Of a stretch of DNA of 64,000 nucleotides, positions 50,765-64,000 are shown one piece after another. The position numbers and the translations under genes were made by a program. Under the pieces are notes generated by a model. It searched no databases, was not told the origin of the DNA, and was given only the letters and a program-made list of their open reading frames with translations. Origin of the DNA: Narcine bancroftii (Eukaryota); NCBI RefSeq assembly GCF_036971445.1, contig NC_091478.1, forward strand, positions 36,394,001 through 36,458,000. Direction: 5' to 3'. Within the stretch, counting starts at the first letter, position 1; every line of letters starts with the position of its first letter.

Positions 50765-51430
50765 TCAAGATTAAATTTATTGCCATGTAATAAAGACAGT
50801 GCAATATTGCACAAAATTTGTTTTCTTCTGCCTCAAGGCAGATAGATTCGCCATTGGCAGAAATTGCCTGAAACATCTGCTACAGTCAGAGAAAGAGAAG
50901 CAAAAGAAAGTCCCCTCAGAGACCGTGTCCGTGGATTTGCTTCCAGCACTCCCGCAACCCCAGTCCAGTCCAACTCATCGGGACCCCAAGCCCCAGATCT
51001 GAACCTCCAATGTAATCAGGACCCCTTCAGTACCCTCAGCCCCTTTCTCATCTCAGTTCTGATACCTGATACCCCTCTTCCAGCCAGTGTTGACCCAATG
51101 TCCAACAGTCTGCAGTCAGGTGTGAGTCCCTCGACTGTCATTTCCAGCAGCCCACAGCCTGCGTGCTTTCCTTGCCTCAAGTCTCCCAACAGCCCACCAC
51201 CTGCGCTTTATTCAGCCTGTTCTGTAGCCTCCGAGCCCATCGCCGCCATAGTCACCATCCCTTGGGTCGTCTCCTCTGCTTCTCCTTCTCAGACGAGGGG
51301 TGGTCTCCCCATTTTCTGCACTAGTCCTCTGCTTCCCCAGAGTCTGCAACCCTGCAAGGCTGCTGCCGATCACAGGTGCTGCCATCTCGGGTGCAGTATT
51401 TTTAAAAATAACCACCATTTACAGGCTGTT
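50765..51430 (-). mobile_element. Unclassified non-coding retroposon with a GAGATGGCAGC-type 5' region and a LINE-like AATAAA tail
   Basis: GC-richer body; gctgccatctc near 51378; tail tcaagattaaatttattgccatg abutting the CR1 copy. Confidence 0.45.
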
Positions 51431-52199
51431 CAAAAGGATAAAATCATATGCCCGTCTAAAACTGCTCACCTTTGATTCCTTATTCTTCATAATCTTGTTC
51501 CTCTTTATTTTCATGATCTCCTCTAGTTCTGTGTGGAGTTTAGAAGAATGAAAGGCATTTTTTTGAGTGTCCACTCAGGGCAAATGCTGAGAGAATCATC
51601 AGGGCACAGAAGGCACAGTTTCAGAATAAATGGGTGTCCATTTAAGTCTGCAATCAGGATGAATTTCTTCTCTGAAAGAAATCAAGGGTTAAAGAGAAAG
51701 GACAGGAAAGTGAACTTAAGAAATGTTACATAAGCCACGATCCTATTAAATGGCAGAACAGGCTCCAGGCGATGAATCCTTCTCCTATTTTTTATGATTT
51801 GCTTCTCTAAGATACCCTGCACTTCTCCATTTTGGCCACTTGGTCATCCTTGACCTTAATCTCTCCATTGCTGGCAACTGTACTTTTATTTGCCAAAGCC
51901 CTAATGTTTAGAATTGCTTCTCAAAGACTTGTTGCTTCTTTATTTATTTTCTTCCTTCAAGGTATTGCTTAAGACCCACCTCTTTAACCAGCATTTGCCA
52001 TCTGCTACAATAACTCCTTGTTTGCCTTGGGATTACATAGTATGTGGTAACATCCCCAAGAAATAGTTTGCACCTTTAAAGGCACCATATAAATTTTGCT
52101 AGTTATTGTTGGAATGTTGATAGACTGAATGTACCAGTCACAGTTCTTGGGAGCAGATGCAGCCTAGCCTGACTATGTCTTTATTTAAAAGCCGAATGT

Positions 52200-53090
52200 A
52201 TTGACTGGAAAATAAAATGCAAATGAAAATGGTTCAAGTAATTATTTGAAGGAACAAGTATTCTTCAAACAGAAAAAAAAGTGGTTGAAATGATTTACTG
52301 TAGACCAATCACTTGTGTCCTTTTGCAAAATAGATCAACTATTAAAGCAACAGGGGTCGCCTGTAAAAAAACAGGAGCACTGCAGGTAATAACGTGCATC
52401 AGAGTACCAAATTATAGAGAAATGAGTGGAGCGACGTGAGGAGTGGTTCTGGTAAATAAAGAATAAAATACTGTACAAGATAATATCTGAAAAATGAAAT
52501 GCAATGCAGTAGCTGTACTAATTGGGGATAACAAAATATCAGTAGATAAAGAGACATACTTAACATTAAGATGGAAAGGGAGTCAACTAACTGATGTGTT
52601 AAATCATAGTTTTGCCTCGGGGGTTGTCCACTTTGATTAGAAAGGTGAAAATATGTTATAAAAAGAGATTAATAAAAAGATAAATCCATTTAAAATTAAA
52701 ACATAGAGATAAGTAAGTCACCTATAAGCTTGATCTGGATGGAAGACTCCTGTGCATATTTATTGACGTTAGAGAGGTGATAGAAAAAGTCATATTTCAG
52801 TAATGTAATACTGAGCAGAAGTAGATAAGCCAGAATATTGGCAGATAGTTAATGTCAGCCCTTCATTTAAGGAAAATACAAAGACTGAGGAACTATAGTT
52901 AAAAATCGATGGTTGAAAACATCATAAACTGCTTATGTGATACAAAATCCCCTCAAGGCTGAAAATAATCGAACATGGCACAGATTTCAGAAGGGATCAA
53001 CTTTGGCTGACATTTTAAATTCTTTGAAGTTGACAGGAATAAGTGGCAGGAGATTTTCAGAAGGCCTTTGAAAAAGTGGTAGATTTATGG
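52200..53090 (+). mobile_element. Very old CR1 ORF2 fragment
   Basis: gattttcagaaggcctttgaaaaagt (DFQKAF.KV); tggcagatagttaatgtcagcccttcatttaagg (W..VNV.P.FK). Confidence 0.6.
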
Positions 53091-53488
53091 AATCAGAATG
53101 AATGATACACACAGAATCTTTGGCCATATGAAGCTCAGGCCAACCACTAAAAGCCATTTACATTCCACCTGTAGCAGACATGCTAATCCCATTTCCGCTC
53201 TCCCTTCCAATTCTACTATCCATTTACATGGAGTACAATTTTGAGTGGCCAATTAATCTGCCAACCTGTCTGCCATTCTGCTGTGGGAGGAAACCAGAGC
53301 ACTTCGAAGTGTGGGGAAAATGAACAAACTCCACTCGGACAGCACCAGAGATTAAGATCTATTCTGGGTCATTCGCTATCCTTCTAAGGACCTAACAAGT
53401 ATGGGAAATAAGGGCAGCTACCCAGATCTGCAAAATCATGATTTGATGTTCCACGGGAAATGACATTGGAATCACCATTTGTACTATA

Positions 53489-54180
53489 CAGGAAAACCCC
53501 TGGTATCTGGAATTCAAACAACTGTCAGCATCAAACAACTGGCAAAAAATCTAGGAAAATAAATTTAAAATAAGAATAAAATAATAGTTCAAAATACATA
53601 AATTTTAAATTGTAAAAGTAGATGATCTCTGAAGTAACATGCAAGATGGGAGCAATTATTCAGCCACTGGAATGCCTTGGTTGGGCTTTTCTCATAGCAG
53701 CTGTTTGAATAAAGTTGTACGAAATAGCAATGGCGTCGTCCAGGATGAAGAGCTGGTTAATGCCGCTTGTCATTGGGGTGACTCTCTTAAAGTGCCTCCT
53801 TATCCCTGCATAATAAGAGTCACCCTGGTCAGATGCTTTATCTGTAAACTTGGGGAAGGGAAGGTTAATTATCTATAATGTTATTGCTCATCTTTCCGAC
53901 AGCTCTGTGGATGGAGAGGAACCTGCAGATGCAGCAATAGTTAAACGTTTTCAAAACATGTGACTGAACATAAAGTAAAATGCTTTAAGGCTTATATATT
54001 CAGGGAAATGAAGTTTGTTCAGCGTACTTAAAGTGAACTATAGTATTTTTGTCTTCTAAACTCTTTACTCTTAATGCAGGTGTATTAGGGCATTGTAAGA
54101 GTAAGTCTTAAACAGCTGGAACATACACTTATCCAGCATCTACCAATTCCCACAGGTGCCAGATTCCAGGGGTTTTACCT
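53489..54180 (+). mobile_element. pogo/Tigger-like non-autonomous element (about 690 bp)
   Basis: TA|CAGGAAAACCCCTGGTATCTGG ... CCAGATTCCAGGGGTTTTACC. Confidence 0.75.
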
Positions 54181-56385
54181 AGATAATTTGAATTTTAGAA
54201 TTCGATTCATGTTTGAAAAATATTTAACTAACACCAAATTTGGGGTATGGAAGAAAAAAATAGTAAAACACGTTGAATAACTTGCAGAATGGGCATTTGA
54301 TTTAATAAGTTACATTTTAATGGGCAGTAAAGTGAAATCTGGGCCTGCAGATACGAAAGTAATGTTTTATCTTAATTAGATGAATAGAACAAAATTAGGC
54401 ATTAATTTCTGGAAATTTACAATTGAATGAAGGAAAGAAGTTATTTTAATTCTTCATAGGTTATTGTTTGGGTCACTGATGCATGATCTGGTCCCTACAT
54501 TGTGAAACAAATACAGGAACATCAGGAAAATTCCAAACAGGTTTCAGTTACTGTGACATAACCAATTCTCACCACTGGATTGTTGTAAACATCTGATTCA
54601 CTTTTGTTCTTCAGTTAAGGAAATCTAGCACCCTTATTCAGTCTTGACAATGTGCAATTCTTGAAATTTAGACTTCAAAATGTGATTGCAGGACATCAGG
54701 TGGCACCAAACTGTGGATGGAAGAGATGAATTCAACAACATACTTTGATTAACTTGCAGAATGGCCCCTTGACTGAAAATTCATTGCAGATTGATGTACC
54801 ATCAATGATCACAAAAGGCTGATATTGTGAAACTATCAGGCTTTTATTAACTAAAGGCAGGAACTACCTCATCAACTGTTCGAAGAAAAGAGAAAGGGAA
54901 CATGCAAGGGGCTATGGGTAGGATCTGTCTTGGGAGGCATGTCTAGCTAGCAGCCAATCATGGCACAACAGTGGTTCATTAGTAGCTAAAACGTGCTCCC
55001 ACTGGTAGGAGCCGAGGAAAGTAACATTAACAAGCACATACTACTGTAGAACACTACAGCACAGAAACCGGTCCTTTGGCCCATCTACAATCTGCCCAAC
55101 TCATTGACCTATACCCAGATCATAGCCCTCCATACCTCTCCCATTGAAATCGAGCCTTCATCCACCGCTTCTGCTGGCAACTTATTCCTCGCTCTCACCA
55201 CCCTCTGAGTGAAGAAATGTTCAAGTTCAAGTGACACCTTCCACTGTCAAAGTTTTGTTTCCTTACTTCAAGTTTTACTAATGTCCATTACATGAAATCA
55301 ATCCTGTATCCTTTGAAAGTCCATAAATGCACTATCAGTTGCATTTCCCTCATGAGCTTTCTCCATCATTTCATCAAAATATTAATCAGTTTGCTACATA
55401 TTACGTCTTATAATTTACTAATGGTCGAGTCTTGATGCGCTTGCAATTGCTTTTGGAAATAGCTCTCTTATCTCCTCCATCCCTACTATGTTGTTCCTCC
55501 CTTGGTTTCAACAAAAGAGAGTACCTTAAGAGGAGATCCAAATATACTACAAAAGAAAACCCAACAGCAGCTTTTAATGGCACTCCTGCAGGAGAATTAT
55601 TAGTCAACAACTGGCACAGTTCAATTGTTTATCCTTTTTGCTTTAGAACAATAGTTATAACAAGTTGAGAGCATCCGTAATCCTTGTGTTGTCCTGTGAC
55701 AAGAGTCGTTTCTTTGCATTTGTTACAGTTTTTATTCGCGAATTAGGAACCCATTATCAGCATTGTGCGAAGCAGACTTTTTGTCTGACTTTTCTGTGCC
55801 AGGTGAAAAATAGTGGGAGAAATAATTTACATTTATTTCTTCATCTCATGGATGTAATTAATTAATTCCTTGTTCACTGCAACCAGGTTTTATATGAGAT
55901 CACGTGTTTGAAGGGGAAACATATAGAATATACACAGTTTATTCCTGTATGCTGACTTAAAGGAGTAGAAATAACTAGGTTGGGAGTTGCAGATCTTGGG
56001 ACCACAGCAAGTAAAAGAATAGTCTCTGTGGATACATGGAAGACAAAGAAGGCACATGACCAGAAATGATGAAGCACAAGGATAATATAAGGTGTCAACG
56101 CTCAATGACAGATGCATGATCCTTTAATTTAGGTTCAAAGTTACTGTTGAAAAAGCAATGCCTTCACCATTCTGGATGCCTGATTCTTGCGTACATGGGA
56201 GTTAAGTGCTACTTTAGATCAATGTTAAAAGTGGCATCTAGTGTGGCCATTGCAAAAGAGAACATGGTCAGAGTTTACCATATTTACAGAGTGTTTTAAA
56301 AATTATTAAAATTTTTAATAAGATTTAAATGGTATTGCAAAAACAACAAATGATACACACATGCGCACGCACACACACGCGCGCG

Positions 56386-56517
56386 NNNNNNNNNNNNNNN
56401 NNNNNNNNNNNNNNNNNNNNNNNNNNNNNNNNNNNNNNNNNNNNNNNNNNNNNNNNNNNNNNNNNNNNNNNNNNNNNNNNNNNNNNNNNNNNNNNNNNNN
56501 NNNNNNNNNNNNNNNNN
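56386..56517. other. Assembly gap (132 N) next to a CA/CG dinucleotide repeat
   Basis: N run seen directly, preceded by acacacatgcgcacgcacacacacgcgcgcg. Confidence 0.99.
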
Positions 56518-57259
56518 TAGGTCAGAGGGAGGTGACTAATTTGCCTGAAACTCAGAAAATGATAAGAATCCATCAAATAAATCAACAGATGTGAAACTTA
56601 ATAAAGGTGTGGATGCAGGAATGGAGCAATTAGAATGGCCTGTCAGGTCCATTCTCATCTTGTGTGGTGCTAGAATCCAGAAGACGTAGGAGCAGAATTA
56701 GATGATACAGTCTATCAAGTGTGCTCCACCATTCAGATCATGGCTGCCGTATTTGTCCTCCACACCCCATTCTCCTCCCTTCTCTACATAACCTTTGATG
56801 CCCTTACTAATCAAGAACCAATCAAGCTCCACTTTAAATTTACCCTTTAAATGACGATCTAACAGCCATCTGTGGCAATGAATTCCACAGATTCATTACC
56901 ATCTGGCTGAAGAAATTTGTCCTCACCTCTGTCGTAAAAGGATGTCCTTTTATTCTGAGGCTGTGCTCTCTGGTCCAACTTCAATAAGAGGGCCAGTTAG
57001 TCCCTTCCTGGATGGCACGCATTTCATTAATGTTTAATAATTATCATCAGTTTTCCAAAATGCTCCACTTCATTGAAAGATCTTATTCACAAAGGAAGTT
57101 GAAACATTCACCACAGGGGTTTAAACATCTGAAGCCCTTGGATGTCTGTTGTCTCAACCCTGTGACTCTTCCAAGCCTCTCCACTTGTATGACCAACCCT
57201 CTCCAGCTCCTGTTATCTGACAATCTCCTCATGATTGTTTGGCAGGCAAGCTCACTGTT

Positions 57260-58620
57260 AGGATGTGAATGAATGCTAGGAGTTAAAATGGCCCAGGTTA
57301 CTTGCTTATTTTGGACTTACCCAAATGTTATTCTCCCAATATTCTCCCAGCTTCTAGACTGAAGGCAAGGACTGGTGGAACTGTTTTTGAGGAGACTGAG
57401 ATCAATATTTTGAAGGTGAGATGGTGGGAGAGAACTTCAGGGTAATGCATTCAATGGTCCAGATGGGAAAGAGTGTGAACTAAAGATGTTTTTGGAGGAA
57501 TGCAGTCATTGAAGCAGTTCAGTATTGGCAGATACTGTAGAATGGTGGCAATGTGAGGCCATCGAGGAATGAGAATAACTATATAAATTGTGGTACTTTG
57601 TGAACTGGCTCAATATGACTTAATGCAGTGGTTTTCAACCTTTTTCTTTCCCACTCACATACCACCTTAAGCAATCCCTTACTAATCACAGAGCTCTTAT
57701 GGTATAGGGATTGCTTAAGGTGGTATGTGAATGGAAAGAAAAAGTTTGAAAACCACTGGGTTAATGTTTGTTCAAGCTTATTTTCATATGTACCAAAGTG
57801 CAGCGAGAAAACTTGTTCTGGTGTGAGTGACTAGTTGAGAGATTTCTCATGTGCTTTGGTGTCTTTCATAACCATTTTGATTTTATGACAGGAGCTGAAA
57901 TCTCATGATACTGAATCAAACAATGGATTCTGATACAGATATCTAAAGTTGGGGGGCATTCTCAAGGCGAAATGTTGCTTGGGGATAGGGTTTGGATTTT
58001 TTACTGGAAGGGACAAGTGTGGTTTTGTTGAGGAGACTGACAGTTTTGAAGGACAGAGAATTATTCACAATGCCAGTTAACATGGGGGTTAGGGCGGGAT
58101 GTTTTGTAGGGAAGCCAGCAGCTTTGTACTATTGGAATTGTGAGAATAAGCAGGTCTCGTGGAGAAGCTGAGATCAGAATGAATGGAGAAAGGTTGTGAG
58201 TCCACAGCTGGAGTAGGGAGAACTTCTTGTTGCATTTCACATTGGAGGTTGAGGAGATAGTGGAGGGAGGTAGAAGGTGGCGTGCAGTAGAGTTTACCAG
58301 ATGTTATCTTTGAGTGCCAGGATGGTCCTGGAATAGTGAGTGGTACAGGAGAAGAGCAGAGGGTCAAATAAACTTTGATGTTGCCCAGCCAGATCTGACA
58401 GTAGATGTATTCTAAAATTATCAAAAGGACTTCAAACCTTAAATTAAACAGAAACCCAGATGCCAAACCTTTCAATGTGATTCTATCATGCCCAATGCAG
58501 AAATGTCATCTTGGATGACCAGGTGGTCATGTCCAGATGGTCTTGAACTTTGTAAAACAGATTTGAGAAAACAATGAGGGCTCACCGGAACTAAGTAGCA
58601 TATCAGTTCAGCCGCTATCT
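57260..58620 (-). mobile_element. Very old L2/CR1-group LINE remnant
   Basis: Patchy similarity (tggtggaactgttt, ggaagccagcagc, gatggtcctggaatagtga, atgtcatcttggatg). Confidence 0.4.
57626..57758. mobile_element. Palindromic hAT/Charlie-type MITE, same family as the 31247 copy
   Basis: CAGTGGTTTTCAA...TTGAAAACCACTG; 8-bp TSD acttaatg / ggttaatg (6/8). Confidence 0.9.
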
Positions 58621-60439
58621 AATGGTTAACAGTAGGGCTGCATAATCCTAATGTTAAAGGAATCTGGGAATTGATCATACATGTGATATTGTCCAGAGCA
58701 CCGTGTGGAGGAAAAAAAACCACGGTCAAGGTCACGCAATAGTCACTTCGCAGGGCGTTTTAAATTCCGAGATTGAACTTGTTGTTTGGACTAATCTGCA
58801 GTCATACTCTGATCCGATGTATTGTAAGCAGAGCTGGGTGGGGAGAGAACAGACAAAGAACAGCAGTGAAAGGGAGTCAAAGGTGCAGATGAGGGAGCAT
58901 AGGAGTTACTAGCCCAGGAGTTAACCAGAAATCAAACTCATTATCCTTCTGAAGAACCGTGAAGGCATTGACAATTTTAAAGGTGCCATATGACTCATCC
59001 AAGGCTCTTGCGTGGAAAGCAATCTGACAGTGTAGATTGCAGATTATCACATTAAATGTGTTCCTATAAATCCAGTCTGTTGTTTGATTACTAGTATTTG
59101 TTATGAACAGATGAGAATTTTCAACAAATAGTTATAGGTGTGCCATAAACTTGCACAGGCCGATTCAAGCACTGACTGCCTAATCACCTGACACCCCATA
59201 AGACATGACATTTTGAAGTTCATTGCATGGCCAGGCTCGTGTTTACCCTCTGTTAGTTTAAATGTTCACATCATAGTTTGTTCCAGCTAAACATTTGCCA
59301 TCTGCAGAATTTCAACAGAAACCAAGCTGCTCATGGGATTCAGGATCAAGATTAGAATCTCTTTAGGTTGTACTGATGATCGGAGAAGGCTCATTGCTTT
59401 AATGCTTTCCTCCAAATTGTCTGAGATAATAAACAATTATGACTCATGAAAATTCACATAGAATGCGTCAAATACATTTTTCATGTAATTCATTCTGTTC
59501 ACGTAATTAACTCATGCGATGGAGCTGCAGTTACTTATAATTATATGGCTTGGTCTCCCTCTCTCCCGCTTTTCATTCTACTTGAAAGATCATGCCCTGT
59601 ACTAAATGAAAGGCGCATTTTGATTGCAATTCCCAGAAGACGTGTAGCACACACACTGGGATTGCTAATAACCTCCTCCAACTTTAGCTATTGTCAGTTC
59701 AAAAGAAAACGGAGAAGCTGCATGAGCACGCAGAGATCAGATACAGACATAATGGTTTTAAACAAATCATTAAATGCACCAGTTTTGGAAAGGATTGCAT
59801 TTTCTTGAAGTGGATCTTCTCCGACAGTATCAATGCACTTGGAACCATGCAACATGCTGATACATTCAAAGGAAGGTTGGGAGCAAAACTGTTCGGTGTC
59901 AGCCAGTTGATGATTTAGAAGTTATTAGATGCACTTGCAACTCCTGGTCGATTTTGGTGGCCCACTTCTGTTTACTTGATAGGATTAATCAGAGGTTTGG
60001 ACTGAGCCCTTAGCATTGGAATTCTGGTCACTGAAGATGGCCAAGAGCAACAGGTTCAGAAGCAATGCAAGTTTTTTGTAATTAGCAGAACGAGAGTAGA
60101 ATTTTGAAAATAATAGCATTGTCTTTGTCTTTGTTATGTAGATCACCTCATCAAAATAAAACAAAAATTTAAAATGCTTAATTTAATCATCTTGGTCTTA
60201 AGTTGATTGCGGTGCAATCCTGGAGAAGATACTCTGGAATGCAGTAGGCTCAGGTATTCATTACGATGTACCTACTGGATATTGGGCATATTTCACCGGA
60301 TGTAGCTGTCAAAATATTCCGAATCAGCAGCTTTAACTCCAAGCCTGGCTTGGAAGATATGTTCTTCTATTTCAGTGCTCCAATCACCGGGAGCCAATTT
60401 TGGAATTTGGAAAGTGAAAATCTGCCTTATTTTGACTGG

Positions 60440-61450
60440 GTAAATGGAGTTAAAATGATTAGAAGCAGGAATTAGGCATTCTGTATAACCCAAGAACCTT
60501 CACTCAGTCATTCAATGAGATCTTATCTAATCAGTGACTGAAGACCAACACATTTTTCTTTGTCTCTAATCATTTCACATTTAAAATTAGGAATTGAACA
60601 AGTCTCAATTTGAACTTGCAAATCAGGGTTCCAGAATTCTGTCCTCTGTTGTGTTTTGTAATTTTATTCCTGTGAGGCCCTGCTTTAATTTTTAGAGTTC
60701 CTCAGGCAACATAAACAGTTTTTCGCTGTCCATTATCTGTTCCCCTTAATATCATGAAACATTCATTAAATCACTCCTTATACCTTCTTGTTTCAAGGGA
60801 AATACAAAAGACTATGTGCAACCTTCCCATGTCATTTAAAGAACAGATATCATTTTGATAATTCATGAACAATATATCCTTCTTAATGTGTCGTGCTCTG
60901 AATTACTCATAGTATTTCAGAAATGGTCGATTTTTGGCTTCTATTACTCCAATGTAAATTTGATTCTCTTGTATTCTGGTTAAAAATTCCATCAGCCCTT
61001 TTGATTATTTTTCCAGATCGTCTGTATCAATTTATTAAGTTATGCATTCAAATCCTTTGTCTCCATTGATGTTAGATATTCACAACTTATATGCACTCTG
61101 TTATTTTATCATCTGAAATGAGCAGTCCTAATTTGCATACATTTAAATCTATTTACCACAGCTTTGCCATTTGCTTAATTAATATATTGTTGTAATATGT
61201 TATCTTAATGTAAAATTGTGTCATTGTAATGTCTTGAAATGTGACTTTCAATCCCTGTCTTTAAAGTGTTCATTAATGAAGTGTGAAGCTCTAGATCCAA
61301 CATAGTTCCTCAAAACCACTATTCATATTCTGTCAACTGGAGAACCTGCTTGTTATCCCTACTTCTCAGCCAATTTCTTAACTAGGTTAACACAATTTCT
61401 TCAATTCCATAGGATTCAATTTTGATTAACAGTCTTCATGAGAAATTTCA
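60440..61450 (-). mobile_element. Old CR1 LINE remnant
   Basis: aagcaggaattaggcattc..cattcaatgagatc; gaattactcatagtatttcag; cagccaatttc. Confidence 0.55.
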
Positions 61451-62124
61451 TCCCTCCCACCCCCTGAAGGTCTTTATTTCATTCATGCAGTGCAACGTCA
61501 TTATTAACATATGTTAGGAGCCAATGTTAAAACTGTATCTTCAGAATAAGTGAAATTAACATTAACCTACTTTTGAACCAGACAAGAAATATGAAAATGA
61601 TTTCTCCATTCTCTCTGCTCCATTTCTATAGTGGCAGTTTCACGAACAAAGGTCTATTATAATCTGAATGTAGACGACACAGGTTGCTAAAGTGCTGAGT
61701 TGGTGATGGAGTGAATAAATATTCAATGGACTGCTTTTTTTTCTGGAAAATCTTGAGCTTTTTGAGTATTGTTGGAGTTACACTTATCCAACAGCCGTTT
61801 TAGTTTCAAGCCATTAGACAGTTGGATGAGTTATTTATGGTGTCGTCAGATACTTGTGTGGCTGATCCAATTAAAATTCTGATCAGTGGTGGCCCCACTT
61901 GTCCCCCATCATCACCCACATGATGTTCATGGAAACCAATTCAGCATTGTAGATTCGTTGAATCTCATTAGATTTTCTTTTGGAGATAATTATTGCTTGC
62001 TGGTGGAGTGGTGCAAATGTAACTTCCTGCTTAACAGTTCAGGTCTGAATATTGTCCATATATGACTCTGCTTTGTTATCTGAGGGTCTGCAAATGGTGT
62101 TGGATATTGTCAATAAATGAGGAG

Positions 62125-62375
62125 TGAAACACCAAAGTCTGCAGATGCTGAGATTGTGGTAAAACACACACACAGAAATGCTGGAAGATGGAACTCAGCC
62201 GGTCTTGCAGCATCCATAGGAGGTAAAGATATATTCCTGACATTTTGGCCCTGAGCCCTTCTTGAAAGACTCATGTCCAAAACGTTGGTCATATGTCTTT
62301 ATCTCTTATGGATGCTGCGAGACGGGCTGAGTTCCTACCTCCAGCATTTCTGTTCATTTTTTTTTGGTTAACAAT
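62125..62375. mobile_element. Penelope-derived fold-back
   Basis: cagaaatgctgga..aactcagccggtcttgcagcatccata..taaagat versus atgtctttatctcttatggatgctgcgagacgggctgagttcc..ccagcatttctg. Confidence 0.8.
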
Positions 62376-62608
62376 CAACCCCATTTCAAAGCTTTTGTGA
62401 AGGCAGGCTATTGATTTCAGATTAATTGTCAGAATACATACAGTACTTGACATCACATACAACCCTGATGCTCTTTTTTCTGCGGGCATGGAAGAATTAC
62501 CAGTTATTGCTAGTGCAATAAAAAAACTGTACACATGTTAAGAAATAAAGAAATGTAAACAACTGATAAGTGCAGCAAAAAACCCCAATAAAGTGCCTAA
62601 ATAAGAGT

Positions 62609-63829
62609 TGTTACTGAGTCTAGAGTGTAAGGGATAATGGAATGTGAGGAGTCAAGCAAGTGCTAATTAAGAATGAATTATGATGGGTTAAAGAAGGGTG
62701 AAGTAAGAATGGAATGTGAGGAAGGGTTAAGCAAGTATAATAAAACAGGGGTCTTCAAAAACAGGATAGCAAGTAGATAGATTTAGCAAGTCCTGGGGGT
62801 TGATTAATAAGTAAGAACAAAGACATGACACTTCCTGGTAAACAAGTTTGCAGAAAGGCACATAAACTGATAAGAAGTTAGAAGACAGGTAGGCAGAATT
62901 ACCTAATGCTAAACCAATCCAGGAGGCAGAAAAATGTCAAGGGGGAAGGTACTTCTGTACTGAAATGGAATGTATAAAAAGTTGGATAAGCCCCAGTATC
63001 TGTGAGTATTCCCAGGGTAAGGGGAAGCACCCAACTTTGCATTGTTCTTTGTTCTCAATTTTTGTCTGGAGTGAAATCTGTGAAGACACCTCTGCTTCTC
63101 ACAAGAGGACCCCAAAAAACCAGCAATAGATATACACCACAACACAGGGATACTTAAACAAAAGTAGTTTTAAATTATTTTTGAACAAGAAAACAGAATT
63201 AAACTTTAACTTAGTACTTAACCAAAAAACTATTCAATCCCACCTCTAACCCTAAGAGCAAGTGTGTGTAATGTATATTTAAGATTAGAAAAGTTCTTTG
63301 GATCACAGTCCAAACTCACTGGTTGCAGGCAATTCCTGTTCTGTGCACAGAAGTTAGCATTCACAAAGTTCACCAGTCTTTGGTGTTTAACAGGCAAATG
63401 GTTATCACTCTTGCTGGTTCTCAGAGAGAGAGAGATTCTTTTTCCAGGACGTCCACAACTGATTCCTTCTTAATCAGTCTTGCTGATGAAACTTGTCCCC
63501 TTCAGAGTTCTACAGATGATCACGTCACTTTCAGACTGCCAGCCTTCTCCTTTCATCAGACAGCCTTCCAAAGTTTGCCAGCTTGTCCTTCTGGAACTGA
63601 TTTCTGTGTCTCTCCTCTCTGTTTCACTCCCTCCCTTGCTGAGAGCAAAATCATTCTCCCTCTGCCTGCAAAAATCACATGTTCTCCCAGGCAAACTGTA
63701 CATTGATACTTTGTTGCCTCTTGCAAAAAGCCTTCTGCAAAAGTCCTGCAAATATTCTGTGTTTTAAAATGTGTGTGTGCAAGCTGCTCTAGCAATTCCT
63801 CCCAAAACTCTTTAAAATACTCTGTCACA
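62609..63829. mobile_element. Outer solo LTR (about 740 bp net) with TSD GAGT
   Basis: TGTTACTGAGT...ACTCTGTCACA; GAGT at 62605-62608 and 63830-63833. Confidence 0.85.
62626..63103 (+). mobile_element. Inner solo LTR (478 bp) with TSD AGAG
   Basis: TGTAAG...CTCACA; AGAG at 62622-62625 and 63104-63107; TATAAA 62973-62978; AATGGAATGTGAGGA duplicated at 62636 and 62708. Confidence 0.85.
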
Positions 63830-64000
63830 GAGTCCTTAAATGAATCCCTGATTGAATTTATTGTTGACGAATCTAATGGTGGAGGGGTAGCAGCTGTTCC
63901 TGAACCTGGTGGTTTGAGTCTTCTGGGACTTATAGCTCTTTCCTGTTGGCAGCAGTGAGAACAGGGCATGTGCTGGGTGGTGTGGATCCTTGATGACTGC

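Larger units (their letters stand above)
62410..64000 (-). mobile_element. Rex/Babar-like LINE 3' end hosting the nested LTRs
   Basis: The joined flanks aataagagt|ccttaaatgaatccctgattga..ggaggggtagcagctgttcctgaacctggtgg match the reverse complement of 22650-23002. Confidence 0.8.

Noticed and set aside
50864-51475. 203-aa Ser/Pro-rich ORF
   Set aside because: Low complexity, no domain motif or splice context, and it lies inside a repeat.
56325-56594. ORFs spanning the N run
   Set aside because: Artefacts of the assembly gap.

Overview
This is AT-rich eukaryotic genomic DNA. The repeat content (V-SINE/HE1-type SINEs, CR1, Rex/Babar, Penelope, L1-clade) points to a cartilaginous fish, probably a ray; that is an inference. 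The only host coding sequence I can support is one 114-bp internal exon of PRKG1 (cGMP-dependent protein kinase I, + strand, 30490-30603), encoding the phosphate-binding cassette of CNB-A. Everything else appears to be the two flanking introns (each at least 30 kb), largely filled with transposable elements. These include a young 5'-truncated L1 with an intact 710-codon ORF2 segment and a perfect TSD, and two 5'-complete L1 derivatives lacking most of ORF2, one with an internal inversion. There are also four antisense AviRTE-like RTE 3' ends, solo LTRs with TSDs (including a three-level nest), hAT, pogo/Tigger and Harbinger-type MITEs, tRNA-, Deu- and 5S-derived SINEs, Penelope-derived fold-backs with hammerhead-ribozyme-like remnants, and a 132-N assembly gap. 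I found no clearly new host system; the best leads concern mobile-element biology. Family names come from recalled consensus features, not database searches, and boundaries of old repeats are approximate.
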